A DNA stretch of 64,000 bases from contig JAKMXF010000365.1 in assembly GCA_024704765.1 (NCBI GenBank), positions 868,001-932,000 on the forward strand, read 5' to 3'. Source of the stretch: Oopsacas minuta. Its lineage: Eukaryota; Animalia; Porifera. The notes beneath the pieces were generated by a model. That model ran no database searches, was not told the DNA's origin, and saw nothing but the letters and a program-made list of their open reading frames with translations. Numbering within the stretch: position 1 is the first letter of the stretch; every line of letters starts with the position of its first letter. Below are positions 13,301 through 28,100 of the stretch, piece after piece. A program made the translations under genes and the position numbers.

Positions 13301-16106
13301 AAGTAATTATTCATGTTAGTTCCCATTGTTTAAATGTTTTATGTAAAGTATCATATTAGAGTTGATTATTTTGGGACTAAGAATCTGTAGATACAGATAA
13401 ATGATATCTACAGCAGATAATCGTTATTACGAACAGTAAGGGACCGTCGAAATTAGGACTTAATTATCCTAAGTTCATTTAACCAAATGATTTTTGTTGA
13501 AAATATTGAACTGGAATTTTACATTTGCTAGAGTAGGTATAACAGTATTAACTGTCTCTATGCGTTAATAATTGTCAAGCAACCTAGCAACAAAAGCAGT
13601 AATATTGCAAAAGAAAAGTATCGACTCACTCTGTTTGATAGAACATGTTAAAATAATAGTGTCTTTAGATAGGTTGAAGACGCTGAAACAGAAAGAACAC
13701 ATACGAGGATTGCTAGAAAATATAGAATTGATCATATTAATGCAGATTAATTATTGCAATATTAACCGAACCCTACTGTCGGGAAATGTGTGATTTATGA
13801 CGTCAAAATGTGAAAATCTCGTTTTTGGTGCGGGAATTGGTTATAACGAAGTGGTAAATTTTAGTGTTTCTTTCCATTACTAACTTCAAACTTCAGCCGT
13901 AATCACTTAACTATACATTTTATCAACGGGATTCGACAAAAAATTGATGATTCAATTTAATCTAACTTATTAATAAAATTAATTCCTAAGAGAAGCAATA
14001 CCCCTGTGTATATGTATATATATATGTATATGTACCTTGGAAAAGGAATTATATCAAAGTAACCGAATACTAGAGAGGGTTTAATTTTGAAAGAAATATT
14101 TCCTGTACATTCTCTGTAGTAGCCTTTTTCATGTGCAAGCTCTCCGCTATACTTAATTTGTATTTCTCCCTCAACAGTACAGTTTTTCGGCTTTTCTGGA
14201 AAAGAAGAGAATTTAGATTGGAATGCAGTGTTGAAAGAGAGTTGAGAAACTGATCTAGTTATTCCACCAGATGAGGGAACAGAGAGAGATGATGCATCAG
14301 GATAGTCATCATGGACAGTGATAGAAGAGCGTTTCGATAATATAGCATTTGCCTTTGGGAACTAGAATACGCAGTATTAGGTAATGATATATTCGATATA
14401 ATAACTGTTACTGTACTTGTCAAAATTCACAAAAAAGTAGTTTGAATATTTGCAATTTTGTCCATAATGAGTGTGATACTCACCGGCTGTTTAGGCAAGT
14501 CTTTTTCCATGATATCCAGAGACTCCCTTGACGTCGTCAAAAGGATTTCTTCTTCCCTGAGATTAGTTACAGAAGAGCTTTCAGCATTAGCTTTGATAAT
14601 ATTGGTTATACTTTTTGTCTTCTTTCCTAATCGATGTGATTCTGGAGTCCTTGCCTCTGGATTATTGGGTGTGTTTCTGCTAGTAGAACCACTTCTGCTT
14701 CTCATTGTCTTCTTCACTGAACTAATAATCCCCTTCTCAACTAAACGATATAAATGGGTGTGTTGAGATACATCCATCTTGTACACATGTGTCATCCATA
14801 CGTACATGATTGGATGAGTGCATGGGTGTATCTCTAATCTCAATACACAAGTGCCTCTACTTAATTATCAACAATACCAAATTCCTACGCACTCAAAATT
14901 CAGTAATGCAAAATTGCAGATTTATTCGTGCCTGAGAGAACAACACCGGATCTAGATCCGCGAAATATTTAGCTTAGTTGAAATCCTATTAGCAATCTTG
15001 GTAATCGATATGTTCATCAATTAAAGGAAAACTATATTTACCTTCATTCAATGAATGTATATTGGGAGCTGTATTTCTATAATGAAAATTCTTCCCTGAT
15101 TTACGTGCTTTTTGAGTGAGTCCATCTTTATCCTGAACAGAAGTACACGTCACTTGATTATGTGTGTCAAATATAGGTAATGAAGTATTTGAAATCGTAG
15201 AAGTAGTTCGTATGTGATCGGGCAATCCTAATCCTCCAATATTGTCACTAACTAATCTATCTTTACTGGAGAGTCCCACTTGTAGAGATATAGGGAGAGC
15301 TCGTGTCGTGTCTGGTGTTAAAGGTACCAGTCTCCCAATCACACTCTTGTCAAAAGAAACTCTCAGATATTCGTCCGCTCCTATCACATTGTATTAACGT
15401 ATAATAGCGAAATGAGTAAATACGTCTTATTACATCAAACTCACCAACTGGCCATTGAAAATTGGCTTCAAGATAAGTTGTAATTCCTTCATTTGCTTCA
15501 ATACTGATTTCATAATCTTCTAACCTATAAATGAAGAATCACATAATATATTGCAGGAATTTTCGACTTGTGATCTGCCGTAGTATATCATACCAAATAT
15601 TTTAAAAATTGGAAGTAACTTGTTACACATTACTAAGCATCACAAAACACATAACCAAGTGTGCGGGCCCGTATGTGCTAGGGTGGTTATAACGGAGCCC
15701 ACATTTACACAGGTATTATATATATATTCGCTCGAATTTTAAAATATATAGGACATGATTCACTAACATTCTAAGAATTTTTCTGAGAAAAATGATAAGT
15801 CAAATTCTATGAAAAATTCTAAGAATTGAGCCAATTTTAAGACTAATTCTTAGAATTGTTTAGAATTTTTGTGAAATAAGGCCTTATAGCTCGATTAATG
15901 ATAAAATTTACAAATTTACATACTTTTCTCCATCAAGAAGTTCAGAAGGGAAGTTGATGGCAGTAGTGAGCATGGGTAAGTAAGGAAGTACATCTACCTC
16001 TAGATATGGTTTATGACTGGGGAAGATTACTTGATGTTCTATTTCAAACAGTTCATAGGAGTAACCTGTAAATAATATGATATAACAAATATAAGGGCAC
16101 AAAAGA

Positions 16107-16175
<69 letters not shown>

Positions 16176-19100
16176 CAGTTTCTGATAATTTGAAAATGAT
16201 TTCAGCTGGGGTTTCATACTGTTGTCTTTATCAGACAAAATCTGTATTGCTTGATTCTCACCTAGTCCATGTTAATATGTTCTCACTCAATAAATGGAAT
16301 AGATTCTTATCAACATTTGTATTTTCCCCTATGTATAGCGTAATTTGGTTACGGCTTTTTGAAAAGTTCGTGAAAATGAATAATTCTTCAACCGAATACG
16401 GCCAGGAAAATATGTGATTTTATGACGTCAAAAAGGTGCTAAAATCTCGTTTTGGGCGGGAATTGGTTAAAATCAAGTGGTTATATTTTGGTGTTCCTTT
16501 TAATTCTTAATACTTCAGCGTGATCGGTTAAATAAGTAACCATGAATTATTCAATTAATTACTAATACACACTAAAAGTGGATATTTAAAATCATTCCAT
16601 AATATTAAATTATAATAATTATATATATATAGTGTATACAAATACTATTATTCTTATTCCTTCTCTATCGTTTAAAATTATGATTAATTCTCAATTTTAA
16701 CTGATAATATAATATTTGCCATTTTCAATTATTTCACCTTATATGGTAATATGGGATCGCTTAATATTAAAATAGAATTCCTAAATTCAATACTACATTC
16801 ACAAATTGTACATGCTTGATTAACTAATTATGACACTAAGAGCGAAAATAATAATAATAAGAGCAGCAAATTAGAGCATAACTCAAACCCTGGTACCAGC
16901 TGAACTACTAACTATTACAATGCTAGAATTGCTGATTATATTAAGTTTTGTGCGTTATAGGCACACACAACATAGCTTCAAATCACAAGCAAGAAAGATT
17001 TCTAGATCTTGCTAATAGCTAGTAGCAATGAGTTCAATACTTGTATCCTGTCCACATTGTATTGCTAAAGTAAGGTATGATAATTTGAATTCTCATATTC
17101 AGAGAGTGCATGGTGGTAACAAGCCTAGAACAGCAGAAGTGCGAGTAGACACAAGTTCAAACAGAAATACAGGCTATCCCACTCAACGCTCTTCCAGATA
17201 CAGAGATTCCACGACAGAGTATCAAAGGAGAGTACCATCTCATCTAGCTTGGAGTTGGGATAAAGGCACCTATGCTAACAGATATGATACCGATGATGTA
17301 GCGAGTATAAAACAAGAAGATTACTACACTACATCAGGCGATATGACTAGAAGGGTTAGCTCACCAGATGTAGTAACAAATGGATTGAATTCACATTGCA
17401 GTAGTGTAACTAGTTTCAGTCAGACATCAGAAATTCCTATCGTATCCGATCAACTAGATTTATCAGATAAAGAGACTAATAAGCCACAAACTAAGAGAAA
17501 AGAATCCCGTAATGATTGGATTGTCTTCTCTACCACAACAGATGTATTTACACAAAGACGTTCTGATGGTTTCATATGTCCTGTAACAAAGTGTAAGAGT
17601 AAATTTATTGAAGTAGAAGAAGTGATACAGCACGCATTTACTGCACATTTCTTAGAGAAATGTCCGTATTGTAAAGGAGTTAATTTCAGACCGCATAGTA
17701 AACTAGGAGATCACATACAACAGGTTCATAAAATTGATAAACAGGACAGATATACTTCTCCAAAAACTTCACCAAAGCAGAGTAGTTCTAATGTTCATAA
17801 TTACAAAATCCCGCCAACTACGAATAATGGAAGCAGAATATCTTCTAGCAAATGTAAACTGGAAACAAATATGAGTAATATAACCGCTGAAAAGACAAAA
17901 GTAAAAGTAAATTCACGAGAAATTCTACCATCAAAAATTCAGCCAAATTCTACAATTAAACCTCCACTAGTAAGCAAAGATATTCCTAAAACTTCACAAT
18001 CCAATTCGTCTAACATTAACAATTCAAGACCTACCCTACAAGCTAACAAGCCGAAAGCAATCGTTCAAAAAACAACGAAAATTACGTCGAAACCTAGCGA
18101 GGTAAAACAAGCACCAAGTGCTCATAATGTTACGTCACAAAAACCTGTTACAACTGTAATAAAACCGGACCCAAAAGTTGTTGAGACAGTAAAATCAAAA
18201 TACCCAAGTAGACCTACTACGCCAAACACAAGTTTACCTACCAGCTGTTTAGTAAACAAATCCGGAGAGACAATTAACACAAAATGCCCTTCAGTACTCA
18301 GCTCTAATAAACAAAACGTTTCATCTGCGACAGATGTACGTGATAGGAATGTTGAAACAGCCCACAACCTCCAGTTAAAAAAGGTTAGTATTGGAAGTAG
18401 TAATACAGATGTCGAATTTATAAATGCATTCAGAGATCCCAAATTAGAAAAAGATACAAATTTCAAGTTTGTCTATACAGGTGACCTCGTAGGATATAGT
18501 CTCAATATTATTTAATTATATTCAAGAATAACTAAATATAACAAATTTATTACTTATTTGAGTTTGAATCAAGAACTTAGTTTTTAGTTCCAATAACAGT
18601 ATTGTCACGTGTTCTGTGTTCACATTTGATTATTTGTACAGTCACCTCCGCTTAATTGGGACACGTCTCCAGGGACGGAATCATCTTCGTTCAAGTTAAT
18701 ACTAAATATTTTCGATTAATCGGGACAAACTCTGGTAATGGAATGAAAATTATTAACTCAATCAAGACGAAATTTCAATAGAGTGGTAACTTGCTTTAGG
18801 GGACTCTGTAACTGAGAAAATAGAAGAATGCTGCTCTTTAGTATCATTATTAGAAAATCTTGGTTAATTGGGAACTCCGCTAATCGGGACAAAAGGGCTG
18901 GAACCTATATGTCCCGATTAAGCGCGGAGTTGACTGTAGATAGGATATATAGTGAAACCTTAACTGCGTATTTCTAATAATAGTATAATACGTAAAGTAT
19001 TTGCGGTATTGAAGTGTTTCACCACACACTAATTGAAGTGTTATAATACAAACCCTTTTCTTTTCTGTTAGTAATTCTCTTATAACTCAATTACTGAAAT

Positions 19101-22100
19101 GTTACACGCAAATATTGCTATACGAAATGGAGCCTTCGCATTCACATTCATATTCTACCCACCAACAAGATATCTCCCCAATGGAATGTAAACCTTCAAA
19201 AGATTTTCTATTAAAGATGGATTCTCCTTGTCACCTGTCACCAGTCAGGTTTAAAATAGGAGAAGATGACTGTGGTGACAAGGAGATGGGAGCTAATGAA
19301 TATTATCTGGGTTATGATGATGAAAGTGATGACTGCGATTGGGATACAGAAATACCCGTGGATCAAAATACAGAAGTTGCCTCACCGGTATTTATAGATT
19401 TTTGTCAAAATTCAGATGCGGAAGAGATTTCTACAAATGAATCAAATTTTGATCAAACTAACTACGCAGTGATCTGTTCCCCTTTGGGCTCAGAAATCTG
19501 TTCCTATTTCTCACCGGATGCGGTGAGTTTAAATTCCATAGAGAATGGATTAATAGTAATTGAAGATATCGGGAAAACAACTAAAGAAGTTGGGATATCA
19601 GAGGATGGTATGGAAAAAAATAAACCTGAAATTGCGAGTAGTAAAGTAGAATGTGAAAATATAGGTAGTATTATTTCGCCTATACAAAAATGCTCTCCAA
19701 CTATTCCCTTTTTTGTTTCATCATTTGATTATAATCATAAAGTTGGTAAGTTAGATGTTAAAAATACCATAATCGATTACTTTTCGTGTGAATCTCAACA
19801 AAATAACTCAGTGTTACCATGCGACAATTCTCCGAGCATGTATTCTAGCCCCAGAAAGTCAAATTCTAGAAAGAGAAGGAAAAAGGGAAAGCGCAGATCA
19901 AGTTCTATACATTCTACAAATTCGTATCACTCAGAGAGAAAAAGCACTACAAGAAAAAATCATTCAATTAGTGCCAGTAGTGAAAGTAGTTATAAGAGAT
20001 CGGTTAGGTACTTTAGAACAAGATCTCAATCCTACAATAAACATTCAACAAAAGAATTAATAGGATTTCCAATAACTAGAAAAGACCGTAGAGCTCAACA
20101 TAGTCCAATTGAATCGACAAGAGAAAATAAGATTGCATGTAAATGTCCTGAATGTGAATATACGTCGAGTTCCAAAGAAATAATAGATCATTACTGTACA
20201 GCACATTTCATGCTAAGCTGTCCTAGCTGCGATCTCCCTATTCAGGAACCTTACTTCCTTCAGCACTGTAAGAACTGCAAGAGTTTAAAAGAAACGCTAA
20301 ATTGTCCTAGTTGCCAATTAACTTGTACTAATAATTCTTTGCTATCTCTTGCTATGCATATTAAGTTCTCACATCCTATAAAAAAGTGTGTTGGATGTAG
20401 CGAATTTTTCGTCCCACAGAAGTTTGCTAATCATGCGAAAAATTGTTTCTTTGAACCAAAAAACTCTTGTATCTGTCCTTTTTGTGAGATTAAGATTCCA
20501 ATGAATAATTTGAGTGAACACGTACTCACTCACCCGATAGCTGAGTGTCCTCTTTGCAACAAAGATATACCTCAGAAAGAAGCAGAATTACATATGGAAT
20601 CGTGTTATCTCGAGAAGGTTAATGATTGCGAAGAATCAGTTTTAGGAACTCTTTTCAATTGCCCTATTTGCAGACAACGGTATTCATTCGAAAAAATGCC
20701 AGAACACATAATAAAAAACCACCTCTCTCTCAATTGTGTATTCTGCTACATGGTTATGTCTCTAGAAGAGATGAGAGGGCATGTTGTGGTGTGTAGTCAG
20801 AAAAAATCAAATGAATAAGTGTAGCTTTTATAGAATATTTTAAGATACAAGTAATACTTATTTTATTCGATATGTTGTGTTATATCTATCAAAAAGTTAG
20901 AGTTTATTCATAGCTGATTTATTCTCTTATTTATTATAAATTTAGTTAACCAATGTTTGTATATGTATATGGAGGTGTAAATCTATATTATTAGATCTTA
21001 ATTTGTGTGTGTCTATCTGTCACGCTCCCAATAGAAAACAGGTTCAGTTCATAAAGTCTATGACCAAATATTACACAACATAATGTATATAAAGTAAACA
21101 ACTAGTTGAAATCTTAAAATATATTTGGAGAACTACTCTAAACGGCTTCAATGGGGTAACAAAGTACGCAAATTGTTCGCAAGCAGCGTAGCGTGAGCAA
21201 ACGAAACGACTCGCAATAAATAATATTGAAGAGATATATGTGTAATAATAACTGTATCAGTAAAATCCAAATAACTACCGATCTTTCGTTATACCTTCAA
21301 CTGGGGTGAGTCTGATTTCATACTTTTAAGATTTTCTTTCTCGACTTTCACCAAACACCTCTCAACATGACTCTCAAAATTAAATAAACCAAGAACACAT
21401 GAGCAAGCAGGACAATTCAACCTGTAATGAATAGTTAAAATGTGTCTAACCAGTTTCGTTGAGCTTGCTATAGTGTTCTTATTTGTGTTAAAGCAAACAG
21501 GACATTCTTTAATGGGTAAGGATTCTAAGTGATCTATTCCGATATGATCTATTAGTCTTAATGAACAGAACATTGGAGTGTCACATAAAATGCATTTAAC
21601 TCTCAAGTGACCCATCAAATGTCTGCCATAAAAAGCAGAAGTCACTATTAATCCACACTGATTACAATTAAAACCATTTTTCGCTTTGATAAAAACAGGT
21701 TCTTGAAAACAATAGGCTACTTCATCAAGATTAAAGAGAAATGGAGTGATTGCAGTTGTACAGATCCGAGGCTTGAATACATATGATAAATTCTCTTTGT
21801 GATTCTTCTGCTCAGAATCAGGAGTATCTACGGGTTTTGAATTTGTTGGTAACCGTTTGGAATTTGTAGGTAACGGTTTAGAATTTGTAGGTAATGGTTT
21901 CGAATTTGTTAGTGAAGATTTCGAATTCGTTAGAATCGTTGGTAAAAGTTTCTTTTTTGGAAAAAAAATCAATTTTACTGGTTTCGAATTAATTGGCAAA
22001 TAATTCAGAATTGTTGAAAAATTCCATTTTAATCGTTCCTTTGAGTGTGTTTCTTTCTCAGCATGACTTTCCTTAGGAGAATTTTCCATTTCTACTCCAA

Positions 22101-25100
22101 TTTTATGATTTGTAACTTGAGAGTATGCCTCGAATAATTCGCTTGTGTAACCAGAATCTGGATTTTTTGGATTTTGAAAACTTGAAATATATTTTCTATC
22201 TTCCAAATTATAAGAGAGAGGTGTAAGTGATCTACTGCGAGTTCTACTGAGTGACCTTCTGTATCGGTACTTTGTGTGTTTACTGCTAGTTCTACGATAT
22301 CTACTATAAGACCTATCAGATTTATTATACGACCTGTTATACCTGCTATAAGACCTATCAGATTTACTATACGACCTATTATACTACCATAAGACCTATC
22401 GAATCTACTATACGACCTACAAGATTTACTATAACGCTTATCAGATCTACTATACGACCTGTTATACCTGCTATATGACCTATCAGATTTACTATACGAC
22501 CTATTATACTTACCATAAGACCTATCAGATCTACTATAAGACCTATCGGATCTACTATACGGCCTACAAGATTTACTATAACACCTATCAGATCTACTAC
22601 ATGACCTACTAGATCTACTACACGACCTACTAAATTTATCATCAAATTCATCATATGATCTCCTATCTGATGACTTATAATCTCTTCTAGATTGCCTATA
22701 GTAATTCCTCTGTTCACTAGATCTGCAGGAATTTGATCCACCAGAATCACTACTACAAGATCTAGATCTATGGATCGAGTTTATAGGATAGGTTTTATCA
22801 TAGCATTCAAGAGATCTGCTACGTGATCGTGAGCTATATTCTAATGGCCTATCATCTTCAGTATCGGATATTCTCTTGGATCTTTTGCGAGATGTGCTTT
22901 GTGTTATTCGCATTGGTTGTGGAGGAGAAATAGTAATAATATTCGTAGGATAACTCAGATCTGTATCTGTATCTGTATCTGTATCGGATACCTCATCGAA
23001 CACATTACAATTTCCACTATTAGAGTCAGTGTGAGATTTGGCATCACTCTTATTGGCAGATTTAAGATCGAAGAGAGCATTAGATAGACAGTTAGTGCTA
23101 TCATCTGATGAGTCGAAACTGAATGGAGATACACACTCAGAGTTTTTATATAGTAAACGCATTAAGAGCGAGGAAGATTGATTGTTATTGAACGGAACCA
23201 AATCTTGATGAGGTTGAATTGAAGTAGGGGTATCTGAGCTAGATAGCATCATGGATGATGAGATATCTGTATACGAGTCTTGTCCATGTTTTACACATGG
23301 ATTAGTATCGACAGTAAGCAGTCCTTCATTAGAGGAATCTTCAAGTGGTGGGGTTGCGTGATATAAAGTGCACTTGGGTGTGTCGTACTCTTCAAAACAG
23401 AACCGGTTGATAGGAGGAGAGGGGACACCCTCAAAGTCGAAATAATCCTGACGAGAGGAGAAGTTGATAACAATAGGAGGAGAATGCAGATCGTATTGAG
23501 TAAGCGTAGAATCTTCAATTGTGTAATCTAGATTAGAACTATCTTCACAATCAGATAAAGATTGACAAAAGATTTGTAATTCTCTCTCTGAAGTTATACT
23601 TTCATTATTCTGATATATGTCTGTAGTGTAGGAATTGGAAGAGTTTTCTGGGTTAAACTCACATTCGGTTAAATGTATTTTGATATCAGCCAAGTAGAAA
23701 TATTGATAACAGAAGGGACAACCTTCTTCCATTATAGGACTGCTAGGTCTCCTGTTAATAGGGAGCAATCCATCGTGTGATAACATTCTAATTTATGGTG
23801 TTAACAGTGAACTGAGCTGAATACCGTAGAATTGTAAATACTCATGAGTTGATGATTATGCGAGTACACGTATATGCTAAGGGAGATGTTGACATTTGGA
23901 ACATGTTAACATCTACCGCGGGAGATGTTAACATTATTGGTTTATACATTTCCCTAAATGCTATTTCATGGCTTCTGGAACGCAATATTCAAAGGCGGTA
24001 TGGATAGCACCGTCAGTCACGAAATATATATGTATTTCCAACAGGGCAAAATATTTAAATGATAAGTTTAGTGAAAATAACCAATCCTTTTGTAAACCTT
24101 CCATTACATGTCTGACAGTCTGACAGCCATTCTACAATAAGTTCGATAGTATGTGAAGTAATAAGTATTTATCAAATAGTTTGTCAACAAATATGTGTTG
24201 TTTTCTTTGCGGTTAATTAGTTAAAATGATGGCAAAACGTTTCACTAGATCAAAGTGAAGTCAATACTTTGGTGAGTCTCGTGTATGTTTTCTAGTAAGA
24301 ACAATATTTAGAAGATGCATAAACCAATAATGTCAACATCTCTTTGGGAGATGTTAACGTGTTCCAAATGTCAACATCTCCCTTAGCATATATACGTAGA
24401 ATTGCTATACGTACACGTAGAGTAGATAATAATATAGCGATTATATTGGATATTCAGCCAAATGATAATTATTTCCACTATAAATACATCACGTTTAGGA
24501 TGCATTATATTCTGTTTACCTGATAGGACATAATATAAATTTTAGGAGTACCCAGAAGGGACTAAATATTAATATATCCAATCAATCACCATTTTTTACT
24601 ATACACGTAATTAATACAACTGTAATATAAAAAGGTGATCAATGGAGTAGCATGGGTTCGGAAAGTGGATATATTTCTCATTACTGGCCTGGAAGAACAA
24701 TGTAAGTTCGGAAATTTTCGGGTACACACTTCCTTGCCTATGCTATGAACAAGACGGATGAATTTAATATTATAATATTTGTGAGCTGTTGCCAACTCTG
24801 GAATATATTCCAATGATGAGAAGGATATAACTAATATAAATTTTCATCGCCACTCGATATAATAACTCTATCACCAGAATCCTCGAAAGCTGTGGTATTT
24901 AATAACAGTCCTGTAATTCACACAAATCATTGCTGTCACTATCAGATAATATCTCAATTACATCTATTGACTTTGTGGGAGCATTAAAATTAATATTATT
25001 TCGTTTATCTTCGGTATCAATGGTTTGCACTTCTTCATCATGTTTACGAGCTGACCGCGGCTGTATACTCATCACTCCGTCTAGGTTTAGATTCTTTGGT

Positions 25101-28100
25101 AGTGAGAGAGCCTCCACTGGCTTGAGGACCTCATCTCCATGTGCACCTAATCCCTGGCCAGGAATATACCCCATTTTAGTCATTAATATTAAACCAATCC
25201 CTTGGTATGTCTCTCCAATCCACCTCGTTACTATTCTGAATTCACTCCACATAAACAGGTGTAGTATCACTAATATTACAAGCAATTGTGTAATCTGAGG
25301 TCTGGCTATCAGGATTTGATTTCCGTAGTGATGATACAATTAATAGTTTGGCGTGCAAAAAATAATGTTTGGAGAATTCACGATACTTAATTGTTTACAA
25401 CATGTAGGTATAGGGCAATAAGAAGGCTGTATGTGTTGTTTCAAGTGCTTGGTTAATTTTTTGCACTTGACATCACAAATGGGACAACACTTTCTAAATC
25501 CGACGAATCTCCTCAAACAGACCTTTGTATGTGTAACAAATTTTCTAAAATGAATGATGACGTAACATAATGGGCAAACTAGTACAGCATGGAATCTCAT
25601 ATGAAGCATAAAAGTAACTTGAGCCTTATGAAAATTGGAAACAGTGATGGGTTTAGAGCAGATGGGACAGACAACCGTTATAGTGTGTTTTTAGGCTTTA
25701 TGGAACATTTATCAGTTCTACCAGTTTCTGTACTATTTTTAGAATATGCTGTAGTCATACTAATTCCTGTAAGATTTTGAATATGTTCACTCACATAATT
25801 ATAATTAGTGTGACAATCCGCGGGAAGAGTTTGGTAAGAAATTTCAGGTAGTAAAGGATGAGGACTAGCATTACTAGAAATTGGTACAAGAGAGTTGATT
25901 GAAGTAGAATGACTGTAAGGTCCTATAGCTGGAGGATTTGCAGCAAGATTATCTGGGAATTCAGAATTTGGATGAATTTCAGTATCGGAAACAAAATCTG
26001 GGAGATAATAAGCCATCTATGCACTAGCAGCATTAAACAATATTATAATCAAATAACCTTTGTGTCTGTTTAAACACAATAAATAAAAATATACAAACTA
26101 CGTTCAGATGGGCAGTACATTATACGTATTACATATCGAAGCATGAAGGCGGTCAGTATACGTATGAACGAGCTGCAGAGCTGTCTTTGTGCGAGTATTT
26201 TTGCATAATTATTCTTATAGCATAGGGACTACTAGTCAAAGCGATAAATAATTATCTCCGAGCGGTCTTCATTAGATGTGTTACTGGAATTTTGTCCCAG
26301 AGGTATCGACCCCGAATACTACAAGGTTTTAATCAATATTAATAAGTTATTATTGTGTTAAAATGCAAGAACTCTATTCATTGAAAAAATTATATTTAAA
26401 TATTCTACACAATTAATACTACTGTTGAAATCGGGTAATATTCCATATTTGATTGTCAAGATAACAAAATAACCCGTTATGCTGAACACTGATAGGATAA
26501 GATAAATTTGATAGTTAATATAGGCTAATTGACAATAAACATGAAGACTGTATATTATCTGCTATTTATTAGGCCATTCACTAATCAGTAAGTATACTGA
26601 AAATTCACTAATAAATATATACTATAGGACAAATAAGACAAACAGATTTTAATAGTTTACCCCCTCAGTTTGACAAATAACCCGAAGTGAAAAAAAAATC
26701 GATTATTGTAGTATATGGGAAAATCGAATGAACATTTATACGATGACTTGATGAAAAAAACGGAGTCAAAATAACCCGATTTCAACTGTAAGTCTAAAGA
26801 TAATCTTGATAGCCTTATGATAACAATATCTAAAACACAATTAGTAGAATAATTATCACAATGAAAACTACTTGAATTCGTAATAACGATCAACTACTAG
26901 TGGGAGATTTCTAATAGTGCTAGTTAATTCTCAGCCCAACTATATCTGGTAGATTTACAACATGTAGGTTAGAGTTATCCTGTATTTTTTCACAAGACAG
27001 CAAATGTGAACGAATCAGTTGAAAATCTTCAATCTCACTAAATTGACAGAAAGGACATGAGAATTTAGAAGTTGGTATAGCAGTGCTGTTGGTAGGATAA
27101 GACGTTTTAAGTTTCGATTGAATTGTAGGGGTGGACTTTGGGGGAGTAGGGGTAGACTTGGAGGGAGTAGGGGTGGTAGGGGTAGTTTTCGGCTTGTTTG
27201 TTGAAGTTTTAGGCATATTCTTTGGCACATCAACAGAAACGTTATGTATAACTACACACAATAAACCATGAAATGTGAATTCATTCTTTGACATAGCTGT
27301 ATAACAAATTGGACAGAGATAGGAATGCTCTGTGAGAACATGCTCAGAGAATCTTGTTTTGGAGACATGATTAAAACAGAAAGGGCAGCTTGGTCTAGAT
27401 GATTCAACACAGCTGTATAAGTGAGGTGTAAATTCACAAAGTTTCTCTGTGGACCAACCACAAGATTGACATTGAAAAATAGCATGCAATAGCATATGGG
27501 AAGATAGCTGAGTTTTCTTGCATTGCTTTTGACAGATAGGACAAGTAATTTTACCAGAGGAATTTAGAATAATTTTCTGCTGTTTTGTTAACTGAATTGG
27601 GGCCTTGCTTAAACATTGAATGGGATGAGTTCTGATAGTAAAACAAGGGATTGTATTATGACAGCCATGACATGTGTGGAGTTTGGTGATATGATTACGA
27701 TGGATATGTCTAACTGTTGTTGTAAGATCAGAAAACTTACGAGAACATCGAGGACATTTAAAAGGGATAGTTTGAGTTTGTAAGCAGGTTTGTAAATGAG
27801 ATTCAAATTTACCTTCGTTTATAGATCCATTACAGATAGGACACTGATGAGATATAAGAGCATACAATCGTGATTTAACGTCTAATTTGTCTGTAGATTT
27901 GTCGGGATTTTTATTTGGTGTTTGTACCGGCCTGTTAAGATCTTCAGGATTGGTATTTTTCTCAAAAAATACATGTTGTGAATAAGATGATTCATATACA
28001 CCTTGGGTTTGAGGGATACTATTAGAGTTCTCACTATTTGGAAAGTGCGGACTCTTCAGGAAATGTTCAACAGAACTCAATTCTTGTTCAGTAACCAGCT

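Larger units (their letters stand above)
21289..23786 (-). pseudogene. Nested ZF3: ~830-aa acidic/RS-repeat/zinc-finger gene interrupted by a single 1-nt frameshift (~22385); pseudogene, null allele or sequence error
   Basis: ORFs 22092-23786 and 21289-22206 join if one T is restored in a repeat unit (TATACTACCAT at ~22380 vs TATACTTACCAT at ~22505). N-terminal C2HC finger and four C-terminal fingers. Confidence 0.75.

Noticed and set aside
16053-16238. Poly-Asn ORF
   Set aside because: Produced by the (ATT)n microsatellite at the end of the intron; not a gene.
22379-22750. Hydrophobic repetitive ORF (IIGRIVNLIGLI...) as a membrane protein
   Set aside because: Alternative frame of the 21-nt RS-coding minisatellite in ZF3.
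24586-24813. 75-aa ORF as the missing TRAPPC9 middle exon
   Set aside because: Only vague similarity. Exon 15924-16065 matches that part of TRAPPC9 much better and in phase.
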